This document shows positions 1-11,999 of a stretch of 64,000 bases of DNA, one piece after another. The translations under genes and the position numbers were made by a program. The stretch's first letter is position 1. Each line of letters begins with the position of its first letter. The notes beneath the pieces were generated by a model that saw only the letters and a program-made list of their open reading frames with translations, was not told where the DNA came from and ran no database searches. This stretch comes from Octopus sinensis (lineage: Eukaryota), in contig NC_043009.1 in assembly GCF_006345805.1 (NCBI RefSeq), positions 23,622,001-23,686,000 of the forward strand, given 5' to 3'.

Positions 1-41
1 TCAATCAATCAATCATATATATATATATATATATATATATA

Positions 42-382
42 GGCGCAGGAGTGGTTGTGTGGTAAGTAGCTTGCTAACCAACCACATGGTTCCGGGTTCA
101 GTCCCACTGCGTGGCATCTTGGGCATATGCCTTCTGCTATAGCCCCGGGCCGACCAATGCCTTGTGAGTGGATTTGGTAGACGGAAACTGAAAGAAGCCT
201 GTCGTATATATGTATATATATATATGTATGTGTGTGTTGCGGTTCGGCAAAAGAGACCGATAGAATAAGTATTGGGCTTACAAAGAATAAGTCCCGGGGT
301 TGATTTGCTCGACTAAAGGCGGTGCTCCAGCATGGCCGCAGTCAAATAGCTGAAACAAGTAAAAGAGTAAAAGAGTAAAGAG
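42..382 (+). mobile_element. tRNA-derived SINE family A (internal microsatellite; (GTAAAAGA)n tail), middle partly deleted
   Basis: Head with A-box-like GTGGTTGTGTGG and B-box-like GGTTCAGTCCC. Body ...gtgagtggatttggtagacggaaactgaaagaagcc, then (TA)n(TG)n, then the 3' half ending ggcggtgctccagcatggccgcagtcaaatagctgaaacaagtaaaagag. Many further copies in this window. Confidence 0.85.
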
Positions 383-619
383 ATATACGCATACTCATAC
401 ATAGGCACACCTCCATACGCACACATACACATACAAACACTCGCTCACACATACGTACTCACAAACTCACCCCCATTCACATGCATGCGCACACACACAC
501 CATTCTCACATACATATACTCGCTTGCGCACCTTAGTTCGTTGGGTCACCGTTATCGTTATTTTTATTATTATCTTCCTTTCATTCAGCCTCTTTTTTTC
601 CGGTCATCTCGTCATACTG

Positions 620-900
620 GACCGTTGAACTTATCACATTTTTCTCTTTCTCCGTTTTTTTCATTCTCTCTCCGTTTTTGATTTTTTTTACCTCTTAATC
701 CTTTCTTTCGAAGGTCCTAGGCTCGAAACGTAAAATACTTTTTCCATTCTTCCCGAAGGTTAAACTAATACACCTGCTTGTTGTTCGTACACCGCTATTC
801 GTCTTTTGTCCTGTGTTGCATTATTCCTTACCTAACCTAGTTTTACCTGTTGTTGTCGTCTACCGAATTAAAGTAACCTTCCTTTGGTTTCCTTTATTCT
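620..900 (+). repeat. Short microsatellite-associated element family E (degenerate hammerhead-like core)
   Basis: Related to 16670-16870 (-) and 22205-22470 (+). Contains ...taggctcgaaacgtaaaa with a decayed upstream core. Confidence 0.5.
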
Positions 901-1255
901 TTTATATGTTTCAGTCCAATGACTGTGGCCATGTTGAAGTACAACCATTATGATCATCTTTCCACTTTCCACCTTTGTCGGAGCGGTTTTTGGTGAAGGA
1001 TGGAGTTCGATGTTACTGCCCTCTTTTGAGATTCTTGCTTAGATATTGGTTCATCCGAGATCTCGGTGAGCCAGAGGTCAAGTTCACGTTTGAAAACGTC
1101 TACATCCACTCCATAGAGGCACCTCAGATGCTTCGGCAGACAGCTAAACAGTGAATAATTTGAGACAAATTCGGTTGTTATTTCTTGTACATCGGACGAC
1201 CATGTGTAAGCTTCGATGTTGACACAGACTCTTCCAATGGTTCTTCAGTTGTAAT
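895..1255 (-). mobile_element. CR1-like non-LTR retrotransposon 3' fragment
   Basis: Minus strand translates LFSCLPKHLRCLYGVDVDVFKRELDLWLTEISDEP...RAVTSNSILHQK, resembling the CR1-clade ORF2 C-terminus (recognised from memory). It is followed by the tail ...cttcaacatggccacagtcattggactgaaacatataaaaga. Confidence 0.7.
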
Positions 1256-1278
1256 TGTTGTTGTTTTTATCTTCGTCG

Positions 1279-1760
1279 TAGGAGTGGCTGTGTGATAAGT
1301 AGTTTGCTTACCAACCACATTGCTCCGGGTTCAGTCCCACTGCGTGGCACCTTGAGCTAAATATTTTGTCTGCCGCTACGTTCTGAGTTCAAATTCCGCC
1401 GAGGTCGACTTTGCCTTTCATCCTTTCGGGGCCGATTAAATAAGAACCAGTTATGCACTGGAGTCGATATAATCAACTTAATCCGTTTGTCTGTCCTTGT
1501 TTGTCCCTTCTGTGTGTAGCCCCTTGTGGGCAGTAAAGAAATAAGAAACGTTAGCACACAGGGCGAAATGCTTAGCGGTATTTCGTCTGCCGTTACGTTC
1601 TGAGTTCAAATTCCACCGAGGTCGACTTTGCCTTTCATCCTTTCGGGGTCGATAAATTAAGTAGCAATTGCGCACTGGTGTCGATGTAATCGACTTAATC
1701 CATTTGTCTGTCCTTGTTTGCCCCCTCTATGTTTAGTTCCCTGTGGGCAATAAAGAAATT
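1279..1760 (+). mobile_element. SINE A head fragment fused to two SINE family B units
   Basis: A-type head 1279-1355, then B bodies (ttctgagttcaaattccgccgaggtcgactttgcctttcatcctttcgggg...) ending ccttgtgggcaataaagaaat. Confidence 0.8.
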
Positions 1761-1899
1761 TATATTGTCAAACGCATTCCAGTCACCATCTCACCATGTG
1801 TTTTTTTTTTTCTCTCCTCTTTTTGGATACTGTGGACTATATATATAATCGGGCGTGGCTGCTATTTCTAGTTCGTCGATTGACAATTCATAGTTCTCT

Positions 1900-2045
1900 A
1901 GCAGCAGCTGCAGTAGTAGTAGTAGTAGTAGTGGTGGTGGTGGTGGTGGTGGTAGTAGTAGTAACAGAAGCAGTAGCAGCAACAGTAGTAGAAGTAGTAA
2001 TAACAGAAACAGTAGCAGCAGCAGCAACAGCAGCAACAGCAGCAA

Positions 2046-2076
<31 letters not shown>

Positions 2077-2112
2077 TGTAGTAGTTGTAGTAGTAGTAGT
2101 AGTAGGTGTTGT
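1900..2112. repeat. Compound trinucleotide microsatellite (TAG/TGG/CAG)
   Basis: Directly visible; it explains the poly-L/V/A ORFs. Confidence 0.95.
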
Positions 2113-2461
2113 TTATCTGTAGGTCAGTGTTGACAAAACAAAGCTGTGACGTAAGACGTCCGCCGAGCGATTTGTAATTGCTATCGTTGTTCTTGTTGCA
2201 TTTATTGTTGCATTTATTGTTGTAGCTGTTGTTTATGCTGTTTTTGTTGTTGTCGTTGTCAAGGTTGTTGTTTTCACTGTTGTAAAATGCACACAGTTTG
2301 ATAGAGTAGATTCGGCTAAAATATAAATTTACATTGGTGCACAGCTGTCAATTTGTTATTAGACAAATATAATCGATCGATCGATTCTAATACAAAATAT
2401 GGCGATTGGTAATTGCGTTATCGACAACGGCAACTGATCCAAATAGAAAGTATAGACGGGA

Positions 2462-2870
2462 CTCTTTTACTTGTTTCATTCATTTGACTGCGGCGAAGCT
2501 GGAGCACCGCCTTCAGGCGAGCAAATCGATCCCAGGACTTATTCTTTGTAAGTCTAGTACTTATTCTATCGGTCTCTCTTGCCGAACGGCTAAGTTATGG
2601 GGACGTAAACACACCAGCATCGGTTGTCAAGCGATGTTGGAGAGACAAACACAGACACGCAAACACACACACACACAAACACACACACATATATATATAC
2701 ATACATACATATACATATACATATATACGACGAGCTTCTTTCAGTTTCCGTCTACCAAATCCACTCACAAGGCTTTGGTTGGTCCGAGGCTATAGTAGAA
2801 GACACTTGCCCAAAGTGCCACGCAGTGGGACTGATCCTGGAGCCATGTGGTTGGGAAGCAAGCTATTTTA
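2462..2870 (-). mobile_element. SINE family A, near full length
   Basis: Reverse complement of head, body, (CA)n/(TA)n and tail. Confidence 0.85.
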
Positions 2871-3112
2871 TTTCATTATATTTGCCATAAAGGCAGTACA
2901 TAGAGTATAGTAGCTTTGCGGGCTGGACAAGGACATTAATGAAATGAATGATAACGAAAGATGATAAGGATGGGAGAAGATGAAAAGCGCCCGCCGACTT
3001 TTGCTTCTCTAAAACATTGTTCTTAAAAACACAAACACAAAACGAGGTATTAAACCTGTTACAGTTTTTACAATTTCTTCAATTTTTTGGACTTCATTGT
3101 CCATTACAAATA

Positions 3113-3290
3113 ATAACGTTCTGAGTTCAAATTCCGCCAAGGTCGACTTTGCCTTTCAGCCCTTTCAGGTCCGATAAAATAAGTACCAGTTGAACAATGG
3201 GGTCGATATAATCGGCTCATCCCCATCTCCCCCAAGCTGCTCTTGTGGAAAAAATTTGAAATAATTATTTCTACTATAAGGTCAAGGCTT
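3113..3290 (+). mobile_element. SINE family B with alternative (B2) 3' tail
   Basis: B body followed by a ccccatctcccccaag...aatttgaaataattatt tail instead of the B1 tail. Confidence 0.65.
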
Positions 3291-4468
3291 GGCATTTAAT
3301 CAACTCCGAAAGGATGGAAGACAAAATCAACTTCGACGGAAATTGAAGTCCAGCGTGCTATCGATTCTGTGAGATTGTCGCCTACCTCCTCTTCATTGAT
3401 ATGAAAACAAAACAGAGATTATTTCTATGTCTTTATACGCCATTATGTTTGGACAAGTTTAAAGTGTGAAACCATCTTGATTCTTATTCAACATGGTAAT
3501 TTGATCTGACCTTTTTCTCCAGCCTTCACAAACCCATAAATTAGCCCACTTCTCCTGAGGAAAATCACTGCCTCAGACATAAATTTTTATAAGGCCAAGG
3601 AGATAGGACGAGTGGGGGGCGGGTAAGGGAAGGAGATTTTGGTATGTCCAGACAAACCGTCTTGTTTGAATGCTTTACAACTGAGTGTATACCTGAGTTC
3701 CATGTGGTAGTGGTGGTGGATATGACAGAGGGGAGGGTAGTGATGGCAGCGGCGAGGGCAGAGGTGGTCGCGGTGGTAGTGGTGATGACAGCAGTGAGAG
3801 CAGTGGTGTCGGCGGCGTGGGCTGTGGTGGTGGTGGTAGTGGTGTTAACCGTAGCAAAGAATGAAGTAAACCACGCCTGTACAGTCCATACGATAGGATT
3901 CCTTACCATTTTATCTACGTCGAGTCGACCCGGATCTAACGTAGAAGACAGTAACAGTAACCAGAGGTGGTGCACGCAGGAGCGAACCAGGAATCACGTG
4001 ATTGAGAGGTGAACTTGTTTGTTGTGTTGTTTGTAAACATTTGTTCTTTTCTTTTTATCTATTTCTCGAAAACGACCTCATTTTAAACATTTTATATGTC
4101 CCAGTGCAAAAGAAAATAAACGAAAGAAAAAAAAGTAAAGTGTTTAAAAGCGTGAATTCAATGGACAATGACAATGAGAAAAAAGAATTTTTATAGCAAC
4201 TCGTTCGGGAAAATTTTTGTGAAAAAATATTTCTTACACAATAAAAGACGTGAACGTAATGGGGATTACAAAACACAACAGTTGGATTGTCAAATAAATT
4301 TGTATTTTTTTTTTTACCTTTCTCCTTGGTACAACATTGTCATGTCTTGAAATTTCAAAAGCGATAAATAGAAATTGTAGATGAAGAGCAGAACTACAAA
4401 AAATTAAAAGAAAGGAAAAAAAGCAGCATAAAGCTTTATAGTAAAAATATTTTTTTGGTGGCAGGGTT

Positions 4469-4909
4469 GGATCTTTTCGGTTTGAACGGCAGTTTTTAAC
4501 ATAATTTCTAGGTAACTAAAAAAATTTTAACTTTGTATACTGGTAGAATGTCTTTATAAAACATCTTTTGCTCTTGGCTGTCTTGAGAAAATTCTATAGT
4601 TTGTAAGATATTTGTTGTTTTTTTTTTCTTCAATTTCTGCAATTTCAACCAATCAATTACGTCTATTGAGGTAAAAAATATTCTGTGTCGTATGAATATG
4701 TCCCTCGTTTAAGAAACAGATTGGGTTTATTTACATTTGTGAAGAAAAAAAGATACCCTTCCCCCCACCTCTAACCGTAACCCTAACCCTAACTAACCCT
4801 AACACTAAAATAGATTGAAATGCAATAGATCGATACTAGGGTCATAATTATGGGTGACAATTTCATATGACACCGCTAGAAAAAACTGCCGTTCAAACCG
4901 AAAAGATCC
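4469..4909. mobile_element. MITE with ~28-bp TIRs and 8-bp TSD (Merlin-like), internal (CCCTAA)n
   Basis: TIR ggatcttttcggtttgaacggcagttttt / aaaaactgccgttcaaaccgaaaagatcc. Exact flanking direct repeat gcagggtt at 4461-4468 and 4910-4917. Superfamily inferred from GG termini plus 8-bp TSD. Confidence 0.8.
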
Positions 4910-5138
4910 GCAGGGTTAATTCAAATAACATTGGAAAAGTATTAAAATAAAAGGATGGGTGGGGCATATACTGAACGAATTTATATGACAACCCAATAAA
5001 ATAGAGGTAAAATATAAGATTGGCCTCAGGAAGCGGAAAAAAATCCGTGATTAAGAAAAATGAAATATAATTAAAAGAAGATAATATATATTTTTTTACA
5101 GTTATCTTCACAGATTTTCACGAATACGTCGATGCAAG

Positions 5139-5625
5139 GGATCTTTTCACTTTGACCGGGAGATCTGAAATATAATTTTTTGTAACTAAGCACTTTTAAA
5201 CTTCGTTTACTGGTAGAATGTGTCACATAAAACATCTTTTTGTCTTGGCGTTCTTGAGAAAATTCTGTACTTTGTAAGCTATTTGTTGTTAAATTTCTCG
5301 TATTTTGGTAATTTCAACCAATCAATGACGTCTAGTGAGGTGAATACAATTACTGCTGTTGTTTGTCAACAAAAGTTTCGGCGGTGTATATTTCGTTTAA
5401 GAAACAGATTGAAATGCAATAAAATAGATCGATACTCGGTCGCCGGCACCGGATGCCACAACTTATATGAAATATTAAACATACATTATGAGGGCTAAAC
5501 CGATTAAAATGATAACGATATAGAGGGCATTAGTAAATTATATATTTAACATTAAGGGTGTATATACCAAATTAAATAAGTACTTAGTGTGTAACCCAGA
5601 TCTGCCAGTCAAAGTGAAAAGATCC
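5139..5625. mobile_element. Second related MITE (Merlin-like)
   Basis: TIR ggatcttttcactttgac / gtcaaagtgaaaagatcc. TSD gatgcaag / gatgcaaa (7 of 8). Internal sequence is similar to 4469-4909. Confidence 0.75.
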
Positions 5626-6531
5626 GATGCAAATAATAATGATCGATGATAGAGAAATAGGTAAAGGGTGTATATATATATTTCAGGAATTGTTGCTCTT
5701 TCTTCAGTGCCACAGGCAATCCATTAACCGACCAAGAACACATTGCTTAAATAGGCACTAAATTTAGTGTGGTGTAACAATTGGATAGACCAACTTTACA
5801 TATTTGTTGAAAAAATTGTGAACCTTTTGGCGATAAAATTGATTCAGCCTTGATAAGAAAAAAAAAAAAAGAGAAACCAAAGAGACCTTTCTGTAATAGA
5901 GGAGAGATTGTTAGGTCTTGTCACCAAATATTTGCAAGATCTTGCTGATAAATATATCGAAAGATAAGTAGATGATATTGTTTTGTAGAAGCAAATAATT
6001 ACAACATGCAAAAAACTCTTTACTAATGTATCTGAGTAACAAGATGACCTTTTCAATGCGTGTGCTATATTTTCTTTAGCTTTGGGCGAATCCGAATCTA
6101 GCAACTTAAGTTATATCATATTACTCAACTAAGCTTATTTATGAGAAACAGTGTCGACAGTTTTAGCCCTTTTGAAGAACTTTTCGGGTTTAAGTAGCCT
6201 CCATTGTAAGGCGCGCTTGTGTAGATGCCAGAAATTGAAAAACCCGTTTTATAATTTTTCAGAGAAGAAAAACGAACAAAAGTAATATTCGACATTACGT
6301 TTTCTACTGTCTGAGAAACCGGCCATTTGTCAGAGAAAACCTCCGAGTAACAGGATGTGGGCTAAAAAACGAAAGATAAAAAACAATGCGAAATATTTGA
6401 ATAACCCACACTGGTGAAACAGTGCAGCAATGGAAACATAATTAACGTATTTTGGTTTAATACAAAGATACCCACTCAACCAAAATATTGAGTTGTCTTT
6501 TTTTCCGTTATCGCACATATATATTTACATA

Positions 6532-6599
<68 letters not shown>

Positions 6600-6650
6600 A
6601 ATGAAATAAAAAACAGAACACAAAGGATGTCGCGGTACACATATATACTC

Positions 6651-7217
6651 GGCGAAATGCCTAGCGGTATTTCGTCTGCCGTTCACCCTGAGTTCAAATT
6701 CCGCTGAGGTCGACTTTGCCTTTCATCCTTTCGGGGTCGATAAATTAAGTACCAGTTACGCACTGGGATCGATATAATCGACTTAATTCGTTTGTCTGTC
6801 CTTGTTTGTCCTCTCTGTGTTTAGCCCCTTGTGGGTAGTAAAGAAATAGGTATTTCGTCTGCCGATACGTTCTGAGTTCAAATTCCGCCGAGGTCGACTT
6901 TGCCTTTCATCCTTTCGGGGTCGATTAAATAAGTACCAGTTATGCACTGGGGTCGATATAATCGACGTAATCCGTTTGTCTGTCCTTGTTTGTCCTCTCT
7001 GTGCTTAGCCCCTTGTGAGTAGTTAAGAAATAGGTATTTCGTCTACCGCTACGTTCTGAGTTCAAATTCCGCCGAGGTCGACTTTGCCTTTCATCTTTTT
7101 GGGGTTCGATTAAATTAGTGCCAGTTAATCACTGGGGTCGATGTAATCGACTTAACCCCCTTGTCTGTCCTTGTTTGTCCCCCTCTATGTTTAGCCCCTT
7201 GTGGGCAATAAAGAAAT
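6651..7217 (+). mobile_element. Tandem array of three SINE B units (184-bp period)
   Basis: Junctions aaagaaata|ggtatttcgtct at 6849 and 7033. Confidence 0.9.
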
Positions 7218-8534
7218 AAATATATACACAACACAAGCGCAAATATTCATACATACACAAGAGTGTATTCATACAGACACGCGTCATATCAGATGCTTAA
7301 AGAACTAAGATATTGTCCGACTGAACATTTGAAGACTACAACTTCGAGCGTTTACATGTAGAAGAGAGAATAAAACGATCAAATTTCACAGAATACAGTA
7401 AATCACTGACTATGGCTTGGTTCAAGCTGTGCTGCAGATAATATGATCGATTATCATGGTTACCCAATATCGTCTTTCTTTTTTTCTATTTCGCATTTAT
7501 CGATCTTGAAATCAGCTCTCAATTTGTGGTCAGAAACTGGATCAGCAACTGTAGTAGTTCTCGCACTTTCTCTCTTTTATAGATGCACTTACACAAGCCT
7601 ATATGTGTATGTGTGTGTGTATCTATTCCTCTCTCAGGTAACGAAGGAATAGAATTTTTGCAAAAAGAAATCTTTGTATTCAGTTGTTGAACGAAGAAAA
7701 TCAGTGCTCCAGAACAAAAACCTGTGCGCCAATGCTTTCATTATCTCTACCGTCCCACACAAAGACTGCTACAAATACACAGGCATTGATAAAATATACA
7801 GAGATACTGTGGCCCGAGAATATTACACCAGATTTTGAAAAATATAAGGAACTCTCCTTATGCAACAAATCAATATCCCACAGAGCATTTGCAATACAAG
7901 TGCCGATATCAACATTAAAGATATTTGACTGGTCTGTAGAGGATATTCGCTCCATTGCAATTGTGATATCGATAAGCTCTACTTAAGAAGTGATGAAGGC
8001 AGTAGAGGATTGAGAGGGCAGTGCTGATAGCGTTCGAATGTTGTATAGTGTCTTTCAGACTGCACCCGCTAAGCAACAACAGAAAAAATAAGTATGTAAT
8101 CTTATTGTTGAGAAGCAAAAATAGCAACAGCTTACGTGTTTGCACCGAGCTCTTTAGGAAGTGATCTTTTCTTTACGACTTCACATACAGCCTCAAAACA
8201 GCCCTCAAAAAAAAAGGCTTAAGTGTGAAACGTTCAGCATACCATAAAGACTATGCGTGCGTGTTTCTCGAAGACTTGAAGACAATGTAAATATCGACAT
8301 GAAGTGCAACCTTTCTGGGACCTACGATCGTTCCATCACATTACATTTCGAAAGTTATACGTTTGCAGTACAAGAGCAGGAGATTGCTGCAAAATACCGA
8401 GTAAACAAAAGCGGTAGTGAAGCCATTGGATCCCCAAGATATCACTTGAGAATAACTGAGAATGTTTCTCTTTCTCAACTTCTATTTGTATTGTATTTTT
8501 TTCTTAGAAATTTCAAAGAGATTAAACAGAGCTA

Positions 8535-8915
8535 TAATCTTTTCTACTCTTGGCACAAGGCCCGAAACTGTTTGGGGAGGGGGGGGCAGTCGATTACATC
8601 GGCCCCAGTACACAACTCGTACTTAATTTATCGACTCGGAAAGGATGAAAGGCAAAGTCGGCCTCAGCGGAATTTGAACTCAGAACTTAAAGACAGATGA
8701 AATACCGCTCAGCCTTTCGCTCGGCGTGCTAAAGTTTCTTATTTCTTTATTACCAACAAGGTGCTAAACATAGAGGGGACAAACATGGACAGACAAAGGG
8801 ATTAAGTCGATTACATCGACCCCAGTGCGTAACTGGTACTTAATTTATTGATCCCGAAAGGATGAAAGGCAAAGTCGACCTCGGCAGAATTTGAACTCAG
8901 AACGTAACGGCAGAC
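8535..8915 (-). mobile_element. Two adjacent SINE B units (B1 and B2 tails)
   Basis: Reverse-complement B bodies; head remnant cggcgtgctaaagtttc near 8720-8740. Confidence 0.8.
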
Positions 8916-9159
8916 GTATAATCAAATATAATATCGTAATCCGTAGCATGGAAAGATTGGAAGAAACAAAATCCTGAAACTGAAATTCGAATACGAACAG
9001 AATTTAAAGAAAAATGAAAATAAAAATGCAATACTTTTACTGTTTGTTTCTTCGAATATACTCTTTTTTCACATCCGGATTTCTGTTGAAGAAACACTTG
9101 TATAAATTTCTACAAATTAAACAAACGTAAACAAAGATAATTGTTTCAAATCATGGTAG

Positions 9160-10215
9160 CAACTTTTGTGGTAGTGGGTAGGGCAAGCCGACTGCATCGG
9201 CCTCAGTATTTGATTGGTACTTATTTTATCGACTCCTAAAGGACGAAAGCCAAAGTTGATCTCAGCAGTATTTGAACTCAGATTGCAAAGAGCTGGAAGA
9301 AATGTGACTATGTATTTTGTCCAGCATGCTAAATATTCTTATTTCTTTATTGGCCACAAGGGGCTAAACATAGAGGGGACAAAGAAGGATAGAAAAAGGG
9401 ATTAAGTCGATTACACCGACCCCAGTGCGTAATTTATTGACCCCGAAAGGATGAAAGTCAAAATTGACCTCGGTGGAATCTGAATTCAGAACGTAACGAC
9501 AGACGAAATACCTATTTCTTTACTACCCACAAGGGGCTAAACACAGAGAGGACAAACAAGGACAGACAAACGGATTAAGTCGATTATATCGACCCCAGTG
9601 CGTAACAGGTACTTATTTAATCGACTCCAAAAGGATGAAAGGCAAAGTCGACCTCGGCGGAATTTGAACTCAGAACGTAGCGGCAGACGAAATACCTATT
9701 TCTTTATTACCCACAAGGGGCTAAACATAGAGGGGACAAACAAGGACAGATATAGGTATTAAGTCGAGTACATCGATCCCAGTGCGTAACTGGTACTTAA
9801 TTTATCGACCCCGAAAGGATGAAAGGCAAAGTTACCTCGGCGAAATTTGAACTCAGAACGTAGCGGCAGACGAAATGCCGCTAAACATTTCGTCCGGCGT
9901 GCTAACGTTTTGGCCAGCTCACTACTTTAACAAGAATCCTTTCTACTAGGGGTAGAAGGCCTGAAATTTTGAAGGCGGGGGATAATCGATTATATCGAAC
10001 CCAGTGCTCAATTGGTACTCATTTCATCGACCCCGAAAGAATGAAAAATCACAGTCGATCTCGGTGGCACTTGAACTCAGAACTTAAGACGTACGAAATG
10101 TTGCTGAACATTTTGTCCGGCATGCTAAAGATTCTGCCAGCTCACCGCATTATACAACAGAAACAATAATTATTTCTACTCTAGGCACAAGGCCTGAAAT
10201 TTTGTGGGGAGGGAC
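9160..10215 (-). mobile_element. Cluster of about five SINE B units, partly in tandem
   Basis: Repeated gaaaggatgaaaggcaaagtcgacctcggcggaatttgaactcagaacg; head at about 9890-9922. Confidence 0.85.
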
Positions 10216-10842
10216 AAGAAAATAATTATAAAAATGAAAAAAAGATCGGGTCAAAAATTCAAGCGGAATTTCCGTTCTTTGCGATTTGTAGCTTCCGTTG
10301 AAAATTTTTGCCAACGAAGCTGAAATCCTCTCAACAGTAAACAGCCTTAACCGCACCAATGTTAGAGATACGATCTAGTGAATATACGTATACAGACCGC
10401 AACATATTTCCTTTTTATTACATAGCTTCCATCACTGTATTAATTTTTCTTTTGTTCACTGTTTGAAAACATATTTTAGAACAAGACGAGAGTGGAGCAA
10501 CATTTTCATTGTCTTTTAAATCTTTTTTGCCTCTTTACTTTCTTTTCAGGCATTGTACACCCCTTATATGAGTTTAGTTTATTGTTTTTGCTTTTGTTAA
10601 AGTTTATTCCTTATTCTAGCGTTCTCTTTTGCCGAACCACTAACTAATGGGGATGTAAACAAACCAACAGCGGTTGTCAAGACATGGTAAGGATAGAAGA
10701 AGTCGAAGTCTGCTTTCGATTTTTTTCTATTCTACAGGATTTTTAAACCCATTTATTGCTATTATTTAAATGTATCATTTGTAGCTCTATGTGTGTGCTT
10801 CGAGGTATTGCAAAAAAACAACACACTCACACATATATATAT

Positions 10843-11020
10843 ATCGTGGCACTCCGTCGGTTACGACGACAAGGGTTCCAGTTGATCCGATCAACGGAAC
10901 AGCCTGCTCGTGAAATTAACGTGCAAGTGGCTGAGCACGCCACAGACACGTGTAACCTTAACGTAGTTCTCCTGGATATTCAGCGTAACAAGGCTAGCCC
11001 TTTGAAATACGGGTACAACA
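10843..11020 (-). mobile_element. SINE family D 3' fragment
   Basis: gtggcactccgtcggttacgacgacaagggttccagttgatccgatcaacggaacagcc, shared with 27510-27830 and 43636-43735. Confidence 0.65.
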
Positions 11021-11211
11021 GAAACAGGAAGAAAGAGTGAAAGTTGTGGTGAAAGAGTACAGCATTAACCAAATTTCATAATCTATAGGAATAATTATAA
11101 ATAACCCTGACCTCTTCATCAAAGCGAAAAACTGAATTGCAGCAAATCTTTTATTTTTTAAAGAAAAATAGTTATCAGTCACAAATTAGTTAAAATTCTT
11201 TTTTCTATATA

Positions 11212-11810
11212 GGCAGGGGTGTGGCTGTGTGGTTGAGACGCTTGTTTCCAACCACAATGTTCTGAGTTCAGTCCCACTCTGTGGTACCATGGGCAAGAGT
11301 CTTCTACTTTAGCCTCAAGCCGACCAAAGCCTTATGAGTGGATTTGATAGAAGTCCATCCGGTCATTTCAATATGTGACCGCTTGTGTATCGTTGGCGAT
11401 TTTCTTTCTCTGTCTTCCCTTCTTTGGTCTTTTTCTATATTTCTGATGAAGAGCTCCGCTCGAAACGTGAAACCATCTTTCTTTCTTTCCTTTCCTGAGC
11501 GTCCAATAACACAGTGCTTGTTCTACGTCCTCGCGTTGTTTTTCCTGCTTGTTCTTGTTTGGATTGATTGTATATGTGTGTGTGTTTGCGTGTGTATCTA
11601 TGCTTGTCCTCCAAAACCGCTTGACAACCGGTGTTGGTACGATTATGTTCCCGTAAATTAGCGGTTCGGCAAAAGAGTTCGATACAATAAGTTTCAAGCT
11701 TTAAAGAAAAATAAGTATTGGGGTCGATTCATTCCACTAAAAATTCTTCAAGGCAGTGCACCAGCATGGCCGCAGTCTAATGACTGAGACAAGTAAAAGC
11801 TAGAAGATAT
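11212..11810 (+). mobile_element. SINE family A split by a family F element at its microsatellite position
   Basis: A 5' half at 11212-11370, A 3' half at about 11600-11810, insert between them. Confidence 0.7.
11372..11570 (+). repeat. Short element family F carrying a minimal hammerhead-like motif (CTGATGA-A-GAGCtccGCTC-GAAA-CGT)
   Basis: Core at 11443-11469. Other copies at 30118-30312, and partial copies at about 14490-14600 and 35618-35720. Confidence 0.6.
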
Positions 11811-11999
11811 ACGAATATATTTTGTGATAAGAAATTCAATTACCTAAGCATCTGCAAACGATGACATTCCGATCCCATCCATATCCTGTAATCGTTGTTT
11901 TGACCACGTTTTATCCTACTCCTTAAAAATAAAAAAAAAAGCAAATAAAAATTAAAAAAACCCAATTAAAATATAAATAAATAAAAAGCTAGAAAGTCA

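Noticed and set aside
4775-4805. Telomere-like (CCCTAA)n as a chromosome end or fusion
   Set aside because: Short, and internal to a MITE with TIRs and a TSD.
5680-5715. Minus-strand CTGAAGA...GAAA
   Set aside because: Stem II and stem I do not pair.
7684-7986. 100-aa ORF in unique-looking sequence
   Set aside because: No recognisable motif in any frame and no convincing splice context.
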